Assembly: GCA_965178125.1 (NCBI GenBank)
Contig: OZ237743.1
Span: forward strand, 682,001-746,000
Reading direction: 5' to 3'
DNA: 64,000 nucleotides
Origin: Bilabrum cf. latius
Lineage: Eukaryota
Shown: piece after piece, positions 58,585 to 64,000 of the stretch
Layout of the letters: the number at the start of each line of letters is the position of its first letter
Numbering within the stretch: position 1 is the stretch's first letter
Translations under genes and position numbers: made by a program
The notes under the pieces: model-generated
What the model saw: only the letters and a program-made list of their open reading frames with translations
Told to the model about the DNA's origin: nothing
Databases searched by the model: none

Positions 58585-61434
58585 ATGCCAACTGCGGCAG
58601 CTGAAACTATAGCAGGCACGGTGGAATACGACGAATTTGAATCATCGGGTGGAACAGATTACAGTACGGACGAAGCCGAGATGCAAGCCAGGGTGTTCGA
58701 AGATTCGGCTTGCATGGCTCATGGGCGGCCAGTTAGACGGCCACTGGCTGCCCACGGCCATGGTCAAACCTCAGTTGCGCCAGGGGGCAAGAGGGCCATG
58801 GGTGCCGCTTCAGGGACCGGAGACACATCGTCTGTGCGACCCGATGAAGCACCCAATAGTACACCCGAGCCTGGCAAGGCAGCTGTTGGCACCCACGCCG
58901 CACCAGGAGCGCATCATGATGGAATTACGTCTGGAATCATGGCTCTTCGCAAGGCATGCAGCTCGGGTGAATGCCGGAGGTGCGTCTTGCGAGCCCCTGG
59001 CATGCTCGCCAACCAGTTGCTTGGGTAGTGGGGGAGCATCGCGGTTGGGGGCATGTCCAGAAACAAGGCGCCTTGGCATGACTTATGCTCCAGCCATATC
59101 CGGGGCCTGTTCAGAAGGCTTCAGAGGTACAGACAATTGCAGGAAGTAAAATTGGACGCGCCTGCAAGAAGTGGGTCAGAGGTAGCTTAGGAGCATGACT
59201 CCGGCGCGGGCGGCATCGAAGGTGCAGATACAGGTCATCACAGCAGCGGGCCCACGGTGGCCCCTTTGCAAGATACTACTCACGATTCAAATTTGCCGCC
59301 ATTCAAGAATGAGGCAGAGTACAAGGAAGCACAGGAGTACCTACAGACAGTTGTCCGCATCGCATCTGCCCCTGAATTATTGAACAGACTAGTACAGGTA
59401 GAGGAGGACGGCGTGGAGTTCGAATTTGTTCGATAGATTGGACAATTGGAGGAAGAAATGGCAGCGGTGGTTGGCGCGCTCAATGATACCATTATCACTT
59501 CCGGCTCTGATGTTCCTGAGGCACCAGTGGGAAGTCACGCGGCGAGCGGCGCATCTAGCCTACTTCACGTCGAAGCCAGAACGGACAGCAGCGACGGCGG
59601 TGGCGGTATTCTGGCAGATGCGCTTGAGACCTGCGGCGATGTGCCGCCGTGGCGCCTGAGAGGCCTACCCGAAGTTGCTGTAACTCAGCAAGAACCTGGC
59701 ACTCGTGGTGCTCCTGCAGCACATGAAAGTTGGGACGGCGGCATGTCGCTTGGGTTGCATGAGGCCGGGATTGGCATTGGGGTGTTTAGGGACTACTGCA
59801 CGCAGATTGGAAATCAATTTGATAGCCTCGCGATGCTCCTAGAGCCATGTACTTCTGCCATTCGTGCAGCAGGGGCGAAGGGCCGAGTAGGCCTTGATCG
59901 ATGTGTCGACATGGCCCATCTGGGAGTTCGGGTGTGCAGCCGTGCCACCGACGGTAGGCAGCTCGCTAACTTGGGGAGATTCATTGCATGTTCATTGTAC
60001 AATGGTTGCTGCATTGGCCCGGCACTGCGCTTGTCCTTGCCACTGTGCTGCGGAATGCTGGATGGCTTTAGAACGGATCGCTGGCTGGTTCGACTGGCAT
60101 CCATAGCTCGGAGCGACCTGAAGGCTGGGATCGCCGAGGACGGAACGGTCGGGCTTCCGGCGGGGGGTTCTAAAACAGACGGGGGTGAAAGCGGTCACAT
60201 AGGCAACAAGTAGGAGTCTATCGTTGCGATCGCGCGAGCTGTGTGCGACTTCATGATTGAGTGGGGCCAGGATGGAGGAGGCCCAGACGTCACGTACTGG
60301 CGAGGGAACCGGTGGATACTGGGGCAATCTCAGGATACCTGCCGCAAATTGCTCGGGGTGGATGGAGATATGGAAGGGACACAGCTGAAGGTGCCAAGCC
60401 TAGATGGGGTGCGAATGGAGCAAGCCGTGGTAGTCGCAGACCGTAGACCTGGTATCGAGCCCGAGGCCTCTCCCGGTGCGCCGGACCTCGCGATACCGGA
60501 GGTTGAAGTTCGATCTCAGCGCCAATTTGCATGCTTGGTATTGCTTCGTCTAGTTCGAGAAACGATCGGACCCTTCCCGCCCGTGCCTATTGCACTGGGT
60601 GGGACGGGCTCGGTTGAAGCGGCATTTGCTGAGTGGCGCAGTTCAGACTTGCTTGAAGTGGTTGGTTCAGCTGCAAACTCTGCGGCTGGATCACTTGCAT
60701 GTGGTTTCCAGACCGTTGTATCCGAGCCTGTCCGTGCCTTACTGCAGCCTGGTGTGCTGCAGCGAGCGCTGACCGGAGATCACGAGAACCTCGGCAATGC
60801 GGTTCAGTAGGCCTTGGATCGCGTCATTGTATCTGGAAGCTTGAGTGGCATGGGTGCGATTGGTTGGCTGATGAACAAGACGATGCCACTCTTTGGTATC
60901 AGCCAGACGGATGCATTGCAATTTGTCTACGACGGAGCGATGCAGGCCGTAAAGGCCTGCATTCAGGGGGAAGGAGAGACGGATGGTGTCATGGCAGTTG
61001 ACGTTCACAAAGCCCGACGACTGCTGCAGTTCTGGACTGGCAGCACATCACTCGGACCGTAGCTGCAGAGCGAGTGCATGAAGCTAGGCATCTCGCTGCG
61101 ACTGACAGGGCTCGATGCTGTGGCCAAGTCCATTGAGTCAAGTGGGCCCGGTGGTGCCTCGGCGGCGGCTGGTGGTAGCGTGCCAAGCGCAGCCGGGTCA
61201 AAGTCGGAGCACCCAATGCAATTTCCATGCAGATTCAAGTGCGCGCGGTACCCGACAGCATCGACTTGTGGGCTGACCCTCTCCTTGGAGGTTGAAGCGA
61301 TCGCGTGCAGTGTAGAGGAATCGGGTGCTTGCTCAAACATTGGTGACATCCCGGAGGCTGTAAGGGTGGCGTTGCAGGGGGCTGTGGACGAGGCTGTGAT
61401 TGGATAGTCGGACTCGGGATTCCTGCTTCGGTGA
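58585..61434 (+). CDS. Host hypothetical protein, ~949 aa
   Basis: Five track ORFs in one frame joined by TAG; first TGA at 61432-61434. Confidence 0.6.
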
Positions 61435-61649
61435 AGGTTGCGATCAGTACAGCCTGTTCATTCTGGTGATTGCTGTTTTGCTTGGACGTATTCGTGCGAT
61501 CTCCGCTGGTCTACAGTTCAATGCATGCCGTGCATTTCCGGCGTAATTTCCCGGACCAAGCATACCACCGCCGCGTGTACCCATTCCAGTAGATCTATGA
61601 TTCTGACCCTCAATCGGCCCCAGTCGCCCTCATCGACCGCATGACAAAC

Positions 61650-64000
61650 CTGTGCAAAGCTGCAGTAGAAGCAGCTTGCGCTGCAGCTCCGGGTGCTCCG
61701 GACCTCGTGGTTGCCGCAATCAGCCTCGCCTAATGCCGTTCATCCTCTCGGTCTCCGTTGCTCGTCCTCTTTCTCCACTCTGCATCGGCTGCGCGCCCCT
61801 GCGAGCGTTCGAGCGCTGCGAGGCTCCCGCTCGCTGTCGTCTTGGATCCGCCCCCTATGTACCTCACCGATCGAACAGAGAGCCCGGCTGCGGGGCTCGG
61901 ACGACTGGCGAGGCTGAGATCGGCGCTTGAATCGTCATCGTCCAGTGACACTCCAGGGATGAGCAGGTTGGAGTCTCGCAGCACCGCCAGCGACTTGTCT
62001 CGCATTTCCCGGTCAGCCCTTCGCTGCTTGCGACGCTCAATTGAAATCAGCTAGGAGCTTGCCGTAGCTGACCCAAGCCGTACCATCGCAGTCGCTGACT
62101 GCATGTCATTGACAGTCGTCCGTGGTCTTGGTTTCGCCGTCTCGGCTGTCCGGAATTCCGGCCTACCACCTTCAATAGAGGCCGATGCATTGAGCCTGTC
62201 GACACTCCTTACGGACAAACCTGTCGTCTGCAAAGCGGTTGTGATCTGAGAGACCCCAGAGGACTGCGCCTGGCTGACAATGTCCTAGAACGCAGGAAGG
62301 TTGAGGCGCTGCAGTACAGACGCTCCAGTCCAACCACCCGTCTCGGCATCTGCAGCACCAGACGAGGCTGCTGGAGCGCTTGGAATTGGCCAAAGCAGCC
62401 TCTCACTTGAGTCACTAGGTACCGCACCGCGGCTCCTTTGCTACTGAGAATCCGGACTAGCATCGCGCCCCAGTTGCAGGCGTGCTTCGGTGGAGTCCTC
62501 CAACGCCTGCACCCACGCCGCTGCTGGACTAAGCGATCGACCGACGGCACACGTCACCAATTGAGCCACTGACCGCACCAGCCTGTACCGAGCAGGATCT
62601 ACCTGCATGGCAATACGCAGCAGCGAGGCAGACAGCAGGACCGCCTCTTGCACGAGTGCTGGTGATTGAAGCACCGGTGTCTCCCATGACGGTGGAGGCT
62701 GCGAGACCTTCGAGGGCAAAGAAACAGGCCTCTAGGTTGGAGCAGCCGCCTTGTCGCCTGATGGCGCGTCCGATTTTCGAGCAGAGCCTATACTTGACTT
62801 CTTCATGTCGTGCGCTGCTACGTGCCTCGTATTCGGGAGTGGTGCGAGGCCGAATCGCATGCCCGTCGCTGTCGAAACGTCTCGAGGTTTTGCTCCCGGC
62901 CCGATGGTCCAGACATGCATAAATTGGCCCGCCCCGTGGCCACTCTAAGTCGAGGCACCGCTGGCCGCTGCAGCAGCATCCTCAGCAGCTTCCTTCTGTC
63001 TTTTCTGCATGGCGGCCGCAACAGGCATAATTGCGGTCGGCCGGTCATTTCCCTCCTCGTCAATACCGTCCTGCTCTAACGCATCCGCGTCATCGCCTGC
63101 ATATCCTCGATCCCCGTGTCTGTACGTGGGTCTGCACAACGTAGCGATGCACAGGGCTGCTTCCAGGCACATGCGCAGCCAGCTCGGATACCCGCTGCTA
63201 CGAACCTAAGATCTGAGCTGCTGGATAGACCGGGCTATATCATCGTTCTTGCTGGAATTCAGGGATTGTGCCAAGGATTCCGCGGTCATTCTGAACACGC
63301 CGGGCATTGTTTGCGGTCCAACGACTTGATGCTCAGGTGCGGCAAGCCGGCTCGCACCTTCAACGACCGCACCAACTAGCAAAGGCCAGAGCTCCTCTCG
63401 CGCCCTGGAGTGGAGGAAATCTCCGCCGGCTGCCTCATTGCATAGGCTGTCTGCCAAACAGTTTAGCGCGCGAATTCGAAGCTCAACATGCGCGCTGCGC
63501 TGGGCGGATGATGCAATCAGGGGCCAGGATTGTGCAAGCTGCGGTAGAAGCACAACAGGGGAGCCCCGTAGCACAATCAACGACTGTCTCAATACTTGCA
63601 GCGCAGCCGCTGCCACCCTCAGCGATGAGCTTTTGGCGCATGGTGTCGCTGAACGTATGCAAGCCAGTGCGAGGCGTCTCTCTGCCCGCTTGGCGGCAGG
63701 CAGACTGGCAGGTGAAGGCGATTCTCGCCAAACCGTGGCTGCTCGTGCAACAAACCAGTCGTGCTGCATGCACAGCCTCTGCATTGATTCATCGTCGAGC
63801 TCATACTCGTCGTCTGAATCTGGGCCACTGGGCGCCCAAGCAAGCCCAGTGGGAGCGGCAGCCAATGCAACCTGCCACGCATTCTGAATCATATCCTGGT
63901 CTGCGCACCTTGCCGGAGCAGGAGGTGGTGGCTACTTGCCATCTGATCCGGGCATCTGACTCGCAAACTCAGCTCCAGCGACCACGACTCCAAGCATCAT
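61650..64000 (-). CDS. Host TTI1-like HEAT-repeat protein, 3' part (limits approximate)
   Basis: LLPQLAQSWPLI...ALNCL...GDFLHSRAREELWPLL resembles the TTI1 C-terminal region. Confidence 0.55.

Noticed and set aside
1-64000. Pyrrolysine or occasional programmed readthrough at TAG
   Set aside because: TAG is too frequent (including tandem TAGTAG in the penton), aligns with Gln, and no pyl genes are present.
31800-64000. Numerous overlapping and antisense ORFs in the track (e.g. 37373-37783+, 43782-44933-, 48570-49427-, 35098-35739+)
   Set aside because: Shadow ORFs of GC-rich coding DNA, overlapping better-supported genes and lacking motifs.

Overview
Eukaryotic (protist) nuclear DNA in two parts: an AT-rich endogenous virophage region (1 to ~31,557, open to the left) joined to GC-rich, intron-poor host DNA (~31,560-64,000). 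Both parts use a non-standard genetic code in which TAG is a sense codon (Gln) while TAA and TGA remain stops. The supplied standard-code ORF track therefore fragments almost every real gene and misses several. Read with TAG=Gln, the viral region contains a virophage morphogenesis module (adenain-like protease, penton, ~573-aa major capsid, A32-like packaging ATPase), an rve integrase with chromodomain, a prim-pol/SF2 helicase and a short PolB. It also carries an unusual accessory set: a C5 DNA methyltransferase, a TET/JBP-like dioxygenase fused to an FkbM methyltransferase (a candidate DNA-base hypermodification pathway), a SET-domain protein, a tRNA-Met, and an array of small genes each headed by a conserved hairpin repeat. 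A GC-richer island inside it holds a gene with a spliceosomal intron. Differences in promoter motifs and a duplicated fibre-like gene suggest two juxtaposed or nested elements. The host part encodes an ankyrin protein, a Ser/Thr kinase, a MED14-like protein, a 3601-aa intronless cadherin/IPT membrane protein, ArgRS with an N-terminal GST-like domain, a hypothetical protein and a TTI1-like protein. All translations and family calls were made by eye; no database searches were run.
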